57,930 nt of DNA, filler included, from Sphacelaria rigidula (GCA_964200075.2; 9 parts of 9 records of this genome joined end to end with filler, not necessarily neighbours in it); one strand, 5' to 3'. Shown: positions 1 to 12,796, counted from the whole stretch's first letter. Translations and numbers: made by a program. Notes: generated by a model not told the origin, from the letters alone.

Positions 1-1056
1 AATCACCAAGCGCGAAGCGCCGTGGTGTATTTGGCGAGTCGTATGAAGGGTGAGCTGCATCCTGCTAAGATTATTCGGCTCGAAGCCTACTGATTATCTT
101 GTATTTGGATGACAATCTAGTTTACAATGAGTTGCCTGATTTTCTAGTATCGCCACTTCCAGAGACAGCCACGGCTTTTATACTGCCTCATTGGTGTCTT
201 CCCATGCAAAGTTTATGTAGTACGATCATCCCCATTGTGCGGAGTCGAGGTTCTCCCACGCCGCACAACATGATCTAGCTCGACTACCATCATGGCTACC
301 GTAAAACAATCACGCAAGCGCGCAAAACAAATGGTAACCTAGTTGCCTAGCTTCCGTAGTGAGTGGCGTGTTTTATAGCGTCATCGCCAACCGACGCCAA
401 CCCCTTCTTCCTCAAGTTTATACTTGAAATATCTCCCAAACAATCTCAGATGTCCAAGGTCATCGCCGTTCGTCACGTTGTGGGCCAAAATGGTAGGTAC
501 TACCCCCTGAACTCAAGGTAGAGGCCGCCGCCCAGGGATGCTTCTTTTTCGCCCCTTGCACCCAACTCCTTCGACCAATGCTTTTTGTACATCTTCACGG
601 GCCATCTATCAAATTTTGGACATTTGATGGGTTTCTAATGTGTGTCTCGAACGTCTCCAAAACATGGCGTGCTCAACTGAGGAACTGCCCGACGATGAGC
701 GAAGCCGATTGAGACACACAGCCGTGCCAAACCTTGTGGGGAAGAGGCGAACAAATTGCACGCGAGCCGTAGATATTGCATATCCAAGCACACGTCACTT
801 ACCGAGTTGAAGTGTGAGAAATCTCAGTCGGTGTGGTAATCAGTTTGGATTACAGCACACAACTCAAAACCTAACTTGTGACATAGCACAGCACAGCTCC
901 AGTACCACGCACTGACATGGAGATGACAGCTTTTGACAGGTCTCGTGAGTTGTAAGTTCACGCGGCTGAAGAGCTGCTGCCATATTTTTTTCATCGACTG
1001 AACGGAAGCTCTGGGAGCTACTTTTTGGCGAAACGGATTTCACCCCAATTCTATGC

Positions 1057-1290
1057 AAGTGATTCTACGGTAGGGGCGCACACATGTTTCCTGAGTTTAG
1101 AATTGTTAGTAGCCCCGCATCTCATTCACAACACTACTTGCGAAATATGTGAGAGTACGCCAGGGTTACCCGAATGAATTTGCAAGCGGGGATGCCCTGA
1201 CCCATATTCCTGTGCAATCTAGAATCGTTAGGAGCCCCTGAACCAGACAAGATTTCGCGCAAAAGGGGCACCCCTACCGTAGCATTGCTC
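1057..1290. mobile_element. Non-autonomous TIR element (MITE), Sola-like family, copy 1
   Basis: ~20-bp TIRs (aagtgattctacggtagggg / cccctaccgtagcattgctc) flanked by 4-bp TSD ATGC (1053-1056, 1291-1294). Related copies at 21037 and 50813. Confidence 0.75.
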
Positions 1291-1339
1291 ATGCTGAACG
1301 GTTTTCCTCCACACATTACAATTGAAAAGCGGTTTGAAC

Positions 1340-1655
1340 AAAGTTCTCGTGAAATTTGGAGTGGAGGATTCGATTGAAATTGAGAAGTGCTTAATTGATT
1401 AATTAATAGTTTCAGTTCCGAAAGGCCCCTACACGAGGCCCGACACGCTTTCTGTAGTACCTTGCCAATAAAGCCCTTGACACCTCCGAGTAGGATATCG
1501 ACGCGAAGCTGTAGCACATGCCAGTGTTACAGGCAAGAAAAGCTCACGCATGATGAAAAAATGGTCAAGTCGAAGCGGATGATGAAGCCCACTCTTCGTC
1601 AATACTCTACCCTTCATCAACACTCTACTCTTAATCTCACAAAAACATTGTTTTT
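1340..1655. repeat. Dispersed MITE-like repeat, copy 1 (homologous to 6912-7210)
   Basis: Colinear similarity by eye over ~300 bp (tttcagttccgaaa.gcccct..acgaggccc; gagtaggatatcgacg; ctactct.aatctcacaaaaac). Confidence 0.7.
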
Positions 1656-2423
1656 CGTAGTTACCATTCCTTCATTAAGGTCCTCATAGAAGCTGCATGT
1701 TCTATCCTCACCTCAGGTTCCCCGTTTGGGCACGCAGTATGCGTGAATATGAGGTGCATTCAGGCTGTACAGATGCTGTGAGATTGTTTTATCAATGCCC
1801 GGAGGTCGACGTGCCTGCTTGTACCGACTTCCTTGTTTTCACCATGCGCCGCCGCACAAATTGCTTTAAAGATAGCCTGGAAGCATCGGTTGCTTGGATC
1901 GTGTCCAGAGACCATCAAGTCGGAGTGTTGCATTTGTTCACAATCGCGCTTTTACGATATGACGCAAAATGCATGTACTGACCTCTGGTATCCCACCACC
2001 GCACTCGATGCTATGCTGGATGAAATTCTCCAGCAACTTCAAGCGACGACATCAGGTGACAATATAATCAATTGTACGTCCTTGAAACTTCGGACACGCG
2101 TGCGCCGCCTACTCGAACTACTGTTTGCACATCCTGGGCCACCGCAGTGGGTGATACATGCGAGAAATCGCGCACCCTCTCAAAATTCTGGCCGCGCAGG
2201 ACCTAAGATCGCAGGCGGTATCTGGCGAGCTACTCAAGGCCACACATTGAGAGCAGGTTCCGAGTGACTAATGGCAATCTGATACACGGCGCCCACAACG
2301 ACCGGCGGCAGCGTACACTCCTTTCTCGGGCAGCTCCAGCCAAGATACAACAACAACGTTGCTTGCAACATCTGATCACACAGCAGTCAACTAGCAATAG
2401 ACGGCAGCGGACAAGGTGTGGTC

Positions 2424-2864
2424 ATGATGGTCATGATGTTGTTGGCCGGAGGACGACAATCCGTGCTCGCACCACCCCTACACACCGTACTGACGACAGC
2501 GACAACCTTGGTCCTGGTACTACTGTGCTCTTCGCGTTGTTACGCTTGCGCCTCGACCGAAGTCGGCGACTTCCAATCAATCGAAGCTCATGAGCCCAGC
2601 GACAACACCGCCAGGGAACATGATACGCAGTTGTCTAGGGCGGGCGCGCATGGGCAGCAATACGGTGAAGATATGTTTGTAGAGCCAGCCCCAGGGTATT
2701 ATGCGGAAAGTCGAGGTCTGGAAGCGCAGATGGAAGTTGACACGGGTGAGGTGGACGATGGAGAAGAAGGAAGCTTCTTGAACTTGGCCTTAGCGAGGTT
2801 TGCAGAACGTGCGGGCAGGCGGGCTACGAAGGCCGACCAGGAATGGACCTTCCCACACATTCAG
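2424..2864 (+). CDS. Orphan gene A, exon 1: hypothetical protein with N-terminal hydrophobic segment (signal peptide/anchor)
   Basis: ORF with hydrophobic stretch VLTTATTLVLVLLCSSRCYAC, then an acidic region. Ends at CAG|GCGAGT (GC donor, phase 0), matching the phase-0 acceptor at 2951. Confidence 0.5.
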
Positions 2865-2951
2865 GCGAGTCCCTTTCGCTTTATTCCCTCAATTTTAGCT
2901 GCTGCGTAATTAATTAGGTGAAATGATTCCTTACCACGTTTGCTCTTTCAG

Positions 2952-3180
2952 GTGCTAGTGATGGAGCGGTTGGGCAAGCCTCTGTCGAAGCTGTTATCCC
3001 TTCAGCGCTCAGCGTGCCCGTCTCTTGACTCGTACCAACTTCACCTTGATGGTGACTGCCAACTGTTGTTGTCCATCCGCGGGCGTTCGGAATATGACAA
3101 TACGATGTTGCGCAACCCTCCTCCGCGTCCAAGTCGTGAGCTGCGTTCGAACGGATTCTTGACGGCTAGCGCAGAGGAAG
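2952..3180 (+). CDS. Orphan gene A, exon 2 (3' boundary uncertain, ~3135 or 3180)
   Basis: Acceptor tgctctttcag|GTG; open frame VLVMERLGKPLSKLL...; candidate phase-1 donors C|GTGAGC and G|GTGCCA. Confidence 0.45.
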
Positions 3181-3620
3181 GTGCCACTCTTCGTTCGTGT
3201 TATTTGAGGCGGAATGTGGAGATGTCCTGCTCCAAAGCGAACATTTGTCGCAGCGCTTCACGCAGTCCGGATTACGGTTGAACGTCAAGAGATGCTGTAT
3301 ATAGTATTGCCACTCGAGCATGTTTGAGCGAGTATTTTCGTTTCAGGGGATGTCACTGCTTCAATTCAGATCTATTCTGAACCGAGATTCGCAGATATCT
3401 TGCGCGGGCTATTGCCATCACCATCACGTGGAGACTTGATCGGCCACGCTGCAAAGTTTAGGACTCGGGCACTCTTCCATTTTCCTCAGTTTAGAGCTCG
3501 GAAATGGCACCAGTATTCACTGGCCATTATATTTATAATGGTAATAATGGTGATGGTCATACGAAATTTTCGGATATTGCTTTTAAACCATTATTCACTG
3601 TAACCAGCTTTACTACCCAG

Positions 3621-3802
3621 ATTGAATGCGCTTTTCAACTCGAGTCAAGCCGAATTGCGTAAAAACATGCCTGCGGCACGGCGCCTCCAGCGGGATCCTC
3701 ATGGGGCGCCTCTGGCGGGCCCCCCTCCGCCGGGAGGGGGGGGGGCTTCTTGGCTCGCGACTTCGCTGCTCGATAACCATACTAAAATGTACCATTCTAC
3801 TG
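3621..3802 (+). CDS. Orphan gene A, probable internal exon (a further small exon may start at 3395)
   Basis: tactacccag| acceptor; open frame LNALFNSSQAELRKN...KMYHST; phase-1 donor G|GTGAAT compatible with the exon at 5695. Confidence 0.35.
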
Positions 3803-4776
3803 GTGAATGGTTGAACAAACCATTTCCGACCTCTACCTCAGAGCGTGTGGTAGCATGAAACATGGCATAAACACCTTTTGTCACATGGTGCCCCCTTGGG
3901 TTCAGCGGGGATCGGCGTCATATGGTGGCGCTGCTATCTCGCGGGATCAATTTGTTCGCTCATCGTTCGGATTCTTCAACGGCGACTATGGTGCTCACGG
4001 CACGTGTATCGTGAGTAGATTATGTTTCTATGTAAAGTCATTGTAAAGCCATTGCCCTCACGGCACGGAACGAGGCTGAGGCTGGCCATGCTGAGATGGT
4101 ATTTCAAAGTGCGAAGCGGTGGACTGTGACGTCGTCGGACTGCAATAGGCACGGAAACTTGAGTTTACTCCCGCGGGATACCGCATCTTCTGCTGCCGGG
4201 TGGAAGGCGGAAGGAAAGGGCTAGGTCAAGCAGTCGATTATCAACAAGGCTATGTGGACACCGGCGTTCATCAGCGAGCGCCTCTTGTCGAGGACTCTCA
4301 ACATAGCTCGCAAACCGGACGCACATATTCTCTGTAATTAAGTGTGCCCTCACAGATGCTCAAGTCCAAAAAGGAGAGGGACATGTTCCCCACTGAGTTG
4401 GACAGTGCTGTGGGCCGAGTTCCCAAGACTCACCTGTTCACTCTGAACAGCTGAAGTAAGAGCAGGAGAACGGGATGATAATAGAGAGTTTCAGAAAACG
4501 TCTTTTCAAATCTTAGAGTCAGAGTGGAAGGGAAAATAGCCGGTACCGGTGAACTTTCCGCTATGATTTGTTCTTTCAGAGCAATTTTTCAGAGTGAGGC
4601 CAACTCTTATGGGAGCGTTTGAAATTTTTATTTTTCAACAATTTCAGAGGATTTTTTTTTTCTTTGTCATCATGGTGAACGGGCACAAAATACACAACTA
4701 CGGCAAAGAAGAAAAAAAAAGTCGTTCAAAATTATTGCAAAAAAAATTCTAAACGCTCCCAGAAGAGTTGGCCTGA

Positions 4777-5463
4777 GGGCCTGTCTTCCCACTCTTTTTT
4801 GTTATCGAAAAAATGGGGCGGTGGAATCGATCTGAGCGAAAATTTCTCGTTTTGATGCAGTTGGGGGCAGATGGATTTTCGAGCTTTCGATCCAAAAAAG
4901 ACAGTGAAATTCGTGAAACGGTACATGTTCACTCGTGTAGAGTACAGACAGTCTGTAATGCTTGCACTGCTTGCAAATATGGTGTCTTGAGTGCGTGTGT
5001 GCGTGTTTTGCGCAGGAGGATATAAAGGAGAAGCGGACAACGTGCAGTGCAGACAGCCCAGGACTATCAGTTCTCTCTGCTGACAATGCGACGTGAAAAT
5101 TACCTCAGCAACGTGCAGCTCTGTACTGCCTGCACTGTCCATGAGCGTGCACGCAACTCGGTTGCCCACCGTACCGCACGCAGTTCCGTCCCTGATGCCT
5201 ACCATGAGAGAAGATGCGCAAGTTTTCGCCAACAAAAAATGAACAAAGCACACCCAACTACTGTAGTGTATCTATCCCTGTGCTCAACTCGTGCTCTATG
5301 CTGCAGGGTTGCGGTGGTAGCTAAGAATGAGTTGGATGGAGTTTGCATGGTTCTGTGAACGAGTGTTATTCGGCGTGGTGGTCTGTAAGATAAGAGTCAA
5401 GTGCCGCTTCGTGCCTTACGACCGCATGTTTTAGATCGAAAAAAAAAGTGCCAAGACAAGCCC
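4777..5463. mobile_element. PIF/Harbinger-like MITE, copy 1 (internally deleted near the right end)
   Basis: TIR GGGCCTGTCTT... / ...AAGACAAGCCC; 3-bp TSD TGA on both sides; internal homology to 14789-15609 and 37419-38210. Confidence 0.8.
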
Positions 5464-5694
5464 TGAGAGTCCCGTATGCAACACCTCACTCTGAAAACCG
5501 TTGTTCCTCCTCAGAGTCCATAGCAGAATAAAAACGAACGACGCCCACCTTCACCACCATCGTCACGTCCAGTTAGTTCAAAGTCAATACACCCTCAGAA
5601 GCAAAGTGGGACATTTATCATCCATCAAAACTGCCATACTCATTACGATGGGCCTTTCACGAAGTAGAAAAACTTGGCATCTGATCAAAATCAG

Positions 5695-5888
5695 AAGACC
5701 TCCCTGACGCCGCTATGGTATCAGCGAACCGCTTGGTTGTGTTGTATGAAAATTTACGTGCTCGACAGGCACACATTGTGTTGGGTGCAGTTCCTCATTC
5801 TTGCCACCTTCAGCTGGAAGAAGACGGTCGGAACGATTCGTTGTCTACAGCGCACAAGCAGTACTACACCTGGCTGGATTTCCATCCC
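5695..5888 (+). CDS. Orphan gene A, probable internal exon
   Basis: aaatcag|AA phase-1 acceptor; open frame (E)DLPDAAMVSANRLVVLYENL...YYTWLDFHP; donor |GTGAGA. Confidence 0.4.
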
Positions 5889-6348
5889 GTGAGATATCAC
5901 AATGTCTTGCACCACCGTTGTGGGTGGCATGTGGAAAAGTCATCACAATGCGACCGTACAGTCTGTGCTGCTGTTTGTACAACTGACTCTCTGTACCGTA
6001 TCGCTGTACAGTTAGGGCCTGTCTTAGGGCCCTTCTTAACGAAGGGGATAGTCCCTTTTTCACAATCCCCGTTTGTCAGGGGATTGGCCCCATAACGATC
6101 AGTCCCGAGTCCTATCGACAAGCAGTTTGTTCAAGGCTCGAGAATTATGGGTTTTTTAAAGACGGAAACAAGACCTGGAAAAATCGAAACCACAACGCAA
6201 CTCTCCAAAACGAATCCAAAACAAAAACAAGACACAAGAAAATACACACTGACTCAACCCAGCAGCGACCTCGTCGCAGTGGGTGCGCAAGCTATCGGGC
6301 TAACCCGTGACTTTCTGTTCTTGGTTGTTGACCCGTCCCCTTTTTTCG

Positions 6349-6448
6349 NNNNNNNNNNNNNNNNNNNNNNNNNNNNNNNNNNNNNNNNNNNNTTAATTAA
6401 TTAANNNNNNNNNNNNNNNNNNNNNNNNNNNNNNNNNNNNNNNNNNNN
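6349..6448. other. Artificial contig linker (44N-TTAATTAATTAA-44N)
   Basis: Identical 100-nt linker recurs every 6448/6447 nt. Confidence 0.98.
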
Positions 6449-6565
6449 CGCCAAGCGACGCCAACCCCATCGGGGGTACGCCCCTACAAAGCAGGGACGG
6501 AGCACGCCGGGTTCTCGCCGGACCAGGCGTTGGGGGGAGGGGCGGGGGGTATCGTAGAAAGTGTC
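6449..6565 (-). repeat. Dispersed repeat end (GACACTTTCTACGATA-polyC-...CCTGGTCCGGCGAGAACCCGG)
   Basis: Reverse complement of 44915-45036; part also at 19222-19244. Confidence 0.7.
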
Positions 6566-6911
6566 ATGCGTGCACAGACACCACGCTACATGAGTCCAAT
6601 TCATTAAGACAAGGAGTAACGGGCGGATGTACACTGTAAGAAATAGGCGTGCTTGCTGCAAGAGAGCAAATGCAATAGCCCCTCGCTCACCGTGAAGGGA
6701 AGGCGGTATCAATAGAGGTATCGGCATCTATTTGACGCTTCAGCGCATCCAAAACCCTCTTCGGTTTCGATGAGAAACTCACTCACCTACCCACCCGCCC
6801 ACCCACCCACCCACCGGGATGCGGAGGGTATGGCAACTATGATCTTGTCTCTTCGACAGGTCTAGTGCTGTATGCTGACCGACCGCGAAGATGTCCGTCA
6901 ATGACTACTAG

Positions 6912-7210
6912 CAAAAATTTTCGTGAGATTGAGAGTAGAGGATACGATTGAGATTGAAAAGCGGTCAATTAGTGAATGAATCGTTTCAGTTCCGAAATGC
7001 CCCTCCACGAGGCCCAATATGCTTTCTGTAGAGCTTGCCACTGAGGCCCCTGATATCCCTGAGTAGGATATCGACGTGTAGCTTTAAGCACACGCCAATA
7101 ATAGAGGCAAGGAAAAGCACACACAAAATGAAAAAATGGCGAAGTTCAAGCGACGATCAGAACCACTCTCAATCAGCGTTCTACTCTCAATCTCACAAAA
7201 ACGTTGTTTA
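6912..7210. mobile_element. MITE-like repeat, copy 2, with subterminal inverted repeats
   Basis: gtgagattgagagtaga (~6923) / tctactctcaatctcac (~7180) inverted pair; homologous to 1340-1655. Confidence 0.65.
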
Positions 7211-7849
7211 CTGTACGCCGCAGATCCGCACGCGCACAAGTTGCTTCCAACTACACACCAGTTCGTGGTCATTCAGCATCAAAATTATGCAGTCGATGCT
7301 CTGCGATCAGAAATATACGCGTGTAGGGATATTTCTCATTTGACCCTTGATAGGGGCATGCTTCGCCCGAGAGCGGGTGGATTTTGCCATCTCCACTACA
7401 AGCACAAGTCTGCCATCTCGAGACGACATGCTGCTCTGCTGCTTGATATGGTTCCTGAGCACCTTTTGCGCATTTTTTGTTAGCGCAGTTTGATTTTTGA
7501 GTGGACTAGAGATTTCCTGGGCGAACTGTCGAACTTCACCGGAGATGCTACGAATTCTACCTACGTTTTGGTGCGTCCCGCGGTTAGAGCTGAAGATTTC
7601 TCATAAGTCACCTCCCGACATTAAATGTGTACAGAGACAAACGCGAAAGTGGAATGGTCATACGGAGGTGGCAAAGTCCGCCCTGGCCGTCTTACGCTAG
7701 AGAGATAACGTCTCTTTCCAGGGCGTAATGGGCAATAAATGTCCCGGTTTTGTCTATCATGATCGTGAGAACTCATTTAATTTCGCAAATGAAGAACGTC
7801 TGCCCACACGGGCTTTACGGAGTTCAATACCTCTCCCCCCTTCTCCCCC

Positions 7850-8275
7850 CGGAATAAGAGGGGGAAGTGAGAGAACAAATGGAAGATGAGACGAAATCGT
7901 TTCGTATAGTAGATGTTAGCAAAGGAAAGGTCGCTATATTAGGAGATTGATGGTGACCACCGGCGGCGAAACAGGGAGGGGATAAGATATATCCAAGGAA
8001 TAAGCGTACTAGGCGCCCAAATCTTGGAGTTGTATCGAGTAGGAGTAGGAGCGGTGCTCCATGTCAAAAGGGATGCGTGGTCAATGGACAAATGCCTGAG
8101 CCAAGCAACAAATGAGTACGCCCCCCACCCCCTCGCCCCCAGGACCTCCTTTTACGTAATGGGCGTCTAAATGTTGGAGGTGTTCCCATGAGGAATAGGA
8201 ACGGCGCTCCGTCTCGAAAGGGATGCGTGGTCAATGGCCAAACGACTAGGGCAAGCAATAAATGAGGACACACCC
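7850..8275 (+). mobile_element. Two tandem 5'-truncated 3'-end fragments of the LINE family
   Basis: Shared 3' block ggagcggtgctcc...aaagggatgcgtggtcaatgg...gcaagcaa.aaatgag...C-run, also at 25630, 40750 (-) and 57590 (-). Confidence 0.75.
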
Positions 8276-10058
8276 CAGGGACGTTTTGTCACCTCCCGTT
8301 CGTCCCGTAATCCGTACGCACGACCTCGCCTACACACACCCCGGGACTTCTTTTCACTTCCCGTTCGTCCCGTGACCCGTACGCCTGACCTCGCGTACGG
8401 CAAACCTCTCTGGTTCACAGCCGGTCAGTGTGCGCTGCAAGTTCATGCTACGTACATCATAGTGTTCTTCCGAGTACCGTAATTGTGCGAGTCATCGCAC
8501 ACCCCCTGGACCGGATTTCAAAGCTCGATTACTCCATGACGAAGCGGGTGCCAATACCAAACGACGCGTTTTCGGAAAGCTATCGACAAGATCTTTCCGA
8601 CGCCACCCTTTTAAGAACTGATGCTCTTCTTCTTGTGGAGTAATCGAGCTTTGAAATTCGGCCCAGGGGGTGTGCGATGACTCGCACAATTACGGTGTTC
8701 AACGCCAGAAAATTCCACACCAAAATTATGAAGTGAACAGTGTGCAATCGTAGGATCATCGACTACTCTCACACGCCGCCAGGGCCAAAAACCTAAAAAT
8801 TGGTCGATTGATTGGACGATTGGTTGGCCGAGTGATTGACCGACTGGTTGGCCGGTTGACTGACGCTGTGTCTTCACATAGAAATTCCAGCAATGCACCG
8901 TTTTTCCACCAGAGACGGCCGCACGCCTCTTCATGAGATTGCTGCGAGGGGGGGCGCACCTACGGTCCTGCTACTGGCGTCGGAGCCCGCGAGTGAACCA
9001 GGTGAATTCTAGAAACATGGAAATGATGTGTCTTTCATTTCAGAGTTTGAATCGAAGAACGTGTATTTGTTTCAATTAAATCATTTCCGTGAACCGCCGT
9101 CAATTTATTATTATACTGCTCTTCTCTGCTCTGCTTTTTTCGTATCGTGTTATGGATAAAGCTGCATTTTACATATTTCTTGGTAGCCAATATATTTTCA
9201 TGCAACAAGCACGTACTCGATACGTCTAGTCTAATGCACCGTAGTGAACAATCCCCGAAACATACATGAATTTTGCTTCAGTTGCAGTATCTACTCGGCG
9301 GCCCAGACTTGTCTCGGCAGTAGTACCTATCTGAAACGTTGGTCAAGGTCCTCCCGGCTAACATCATGAACATATTCGAATATTGTGTGTCGTAATACGT
9401 ACACGCTTAAGGGGACACTGGGCACTCTGTCAAAACCGCGTATGTACGGAAGAGGCGAGCTGATCTGGGCTCCAACGTACTGATCGTGCAGACCCCTCGG
9501 GGATAACGCTCGTGCCTTCGGTGCCCTGATGCCACAGCGTACCCCACCTTGACGACAGGCTCAGAGGGTATATATTGCGAGAGGGCTGAGCCGCAGATTC
9601 AAAACGCAGGGCAATAAACGTCACCCAACAATAGGGGGAGGGGCAGATTACGTGGTTTCGTCAGTTTTTAGCGGGAAGTATTCGCCAAGGGATGACGGAT
9701 GCGCTGACGCCCCGCCCCGGTTCCTTGCAAAGTTCAGATATTTCTTGCAACATTTGCTCGGACCTGCGCACTCGGGGGGCAAGAAGATGGTGTCATGAAT
9801 CTATAACATCCCCCCGTATCGCTTTGAAAAGCTCAACGCTTCAGTCACGTGGTCACACGAGGTACTGCTCGGTAGCGCATGAGGGTACACCAACATGAGG
9901 GCAGACATCAACATGGACAAGGCGGTAAGTGAAGCCAACAGTGTCCGAGACGGGAGGGAACAGATAGCTCTGTTCACGTCATATTTGTTTTCGCGGACGG
10001 GACGCGATGATCCTAATATCCCTCGCGGGTGGCCGTCCCTCATTGTTGATCGTCTCAG

Positions 10059-10406
10059 GAAGCGATGACGGCGGCGATCCAGCGTCGGGTGCTAATGGAG
10101 CCCTTGCAGCGGGGGGGAGTGGTGGGGAAGGTGGTAGCAGCGACGGCGGAATAGAGGATAGCGGTTGCGGTAACGCTGACCACAGCAACAGTTCGGAGGA
10201 TGATGAGCGCAGCAGTGGGAACGACAGCAGTGGTAGCCACACTACGGTGAACACGCCCGGTATTGACGGTAACCTCGGAAAAAACTCCAACGACGGAATC
10301 CGCGTATCCGACAGAAAACCTAGCAAGAGCGAAGCTTCTTATGGCGCCGCATCCGGTGGACCCATCAACGCCGATGCAGGAACACCCGAGACCCCCCTCC
10401 CGGAAG
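10059..10406 (+). CDS. Orphan gene B, probable internal exon (Gly/Ser/Asp-rich low complexity)
   Basis: cgtctcag|GA acceptor, G|GTAGTG donor, 348-nt open phase 1-1 exon. Confidence 0.45.
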
Positions 10407-11861
10407 GTAGTGTAGTACAGGACCCCTGCTCTGTGCATGCGCGTATGCATGCATGTTTCGGGAAAGCAGTGCCATTCCCTTTTTAGTCGTCAGGCGGTGA
10501 CGAATTCGTCTTGTACTGTCGTCGTCGGTCGAGAAGTCATTACGGGTAGGGGCGGTTAATTGGTTCTACTCGAGTGTTGCCCGAAAGACCCTCCTCCGGG
10601 CAACTGCTGATCGACCCTCCTGATGATATCTATGGATCCCGTCTGGAACAGCTGATCATAAAAATTGAGTATGGAGCTTTCCATTGAAGAGGATAACCCG
10701 GGACGTTAAAATATTCGTACCCACACAACTAACTCTTCGAAACATGATTGCATTATTTCACCTAGTGGAAGCTATTGATAACTGCTTCACGTCGTATAAT
10801 TTGAGTTCCGATAACTGAAGTTTTGGGGTCCTACGTGAAAAAAAAATGTGGGGCATTCATGTGGTCCACCGTGATTACTTAAATTCCCTCCGAACAATTT
10901 TTGTCTAGGATCCCCAAATTTCGGTCATCGGAATCCAAATGTATATGATGTGTAATACTTGTAAACAGGTACCAGTAGGTGAAGGAATGCAATCGTATTC
11001 GAAACATTGGTGTGGACACAAAGGTTTTGATACTGCGGGTTATCATTCTCAATGGAAATCTCAATCCTCCGTTTTAGTAATCGGCTGTTTTTTACATAAA
11101 ATGTAGCTGATCTACTGCGTAATTGCTGACTACTTACGTTCCCAGGAATTTGTTTATTTTACTGATGTACATGAGAATCACACACGTTAGTCATACCGCA
11201 GTATTCTGTATGGTCTAAAACGATCTGGATAGCATATAACATATGCACTCTAGCACAATCGCAAAGCCTGAACCTGATGGTTGGGAGTTATCGGGAGTGG
11301 AGACGCAAAACGTTTTCGGGAGTAGAGACGAAAAACGACACCAACTACCTTCTCTGTGGCACACAAATCCCACTCAAACGCAGCGTACACAAAAACAAAA
11401 TGAAAGGTCATCACTCGCAGGGTGTGCCCAATTTTCTGACCATCACACAAGCACACTTATGACGAGTAAAAAGCGAAGCACGGTTGTGTTCAATACGTCG
11501 ACAGTTCTCCGATACATTGCGTGTTTTTTTCTCGCCGTACTGCTAGTACCGCCCCCCCCCTCCCACAAAGCAGTTCTAAGGTCTCAAGGGATCGGCCATT
11601 TCCCCCCCACTTCTTGCCTAGCAACGTATTGTGGGGCAAATTACCACAACAGGGCGAAGTTGAGCTATGAGCCGAAACCGTGCTTCCTTATTTCACAGCC
11701 TGCATAGCCTCAAACGGACCCAGTCGGGATCGCCAAGAATTCTGCTCGGATGTTTGATCAGAATTTCCGACCAAACTTGACCCTCCATTTCCTAACTTCA
11801 TGGATTTCTTCCTCTCTGCGCCCATGTTGCCTTACCCCATACGATATCGAAGTCGGTGCAG

Positions 11862-11986
11862 GCCAACGTGGGTCAGTCGATTCTCGTGCGGGAACAGCAG
11901 TAGCAACACCCGATGAAAGTAGTAGTAGAGATTTTCCCAATATAGAAGCGGCAGAGGAAGGGGCAGCGGCGGTCACCTCTGCAAAG
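11862..11986 (+). CDS. Orphan gene B, possible next exon
   Basis: gtgcag|GC phase-1 acceptor compatible with the 10406 donor; open frame QRGSVDSRAGTAVATPDE...SAK; AAG|GTGGCG donor. Confidence 0.3.
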
Positions 11987-12796
11987 GTGGCGCCGGTATC
12001 AATCACGATACGATATCCACGCGAATGTTCCTCAATTCCGGAGCCGGGGTTGTCCGATTCTGAGGAGGAGAAGGAGGAGAGCGGGCGGGAGGGGGGAGTC
12101 GACGACGAGGTTATGCAAGATGGCTCAGAATTCGGTGGTCATCGTGTGGATGAGGTGGGTTGCTCTTCACGCCCGGAACAGGGCGAGGGGTGAGAGACGG
12201 TGGTCAGTGCTTCGTTCGGCACGCAAGGAGGATTTTGAGGCACCCTGGTATACAGTTGAGCGCATGCTGTACACACGAGAGTTTACAATTTCAGGACGGA
12301 TTATTTGTGGGCCAGCGAGGCCACACCTCACGATCGAAGAGTTCATTTCCATATTTTCCTGATTTATTTTCATGCTTGCGGAGGTTCTCGCCATTGTTCG
12401 GAAGCAATCCCGACCGAGTTGCTTATGCACGGCGGAGAGCCGGCAACGGCTGATCATGATGCTGTAGCATCAACATCGTCTCGTGCCCGAGTGATGCCGC
12501 ACTAGCCCCACCTCAAAGTAGCCCCCAAACCAACGCGAAGAAAATAGCCACGAGCGCATGATCGCTAGATTCAAATTGCATGAAGCGCCTCATATGAGTG
12601 GCATTGGCGAAAACGATCCCAAGCGTGGGAGTTCCCAGCTGCTCGGTGTGTGCGACTTTTTTCATTTTGATTTACATGTACATTTTGCCTCCTCAACAAG
12701 CCAGTCGCTCTTCTATAGGGGAGGGGGGGGGGGGGGGCTATCGGGCTTTCCCGTGTTTAACGTCGGGTTTTGGCGGGGGTATTTTCCACAGCTTTT

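Noticed and set aside
4732..5358. Repeated ORFs (MDSAGS..., MQTAQDYQF...) as a gene family
   Set aside because: They lie inside the MITE copies, frames are not conserved among copies, and there are no transposase motifs.
6393..6404. TTAATTAATTAA repeated at regular ~6.4-kb spacing as a biological motif
   Set aside because: Always embedded in N runs; assembly linker.
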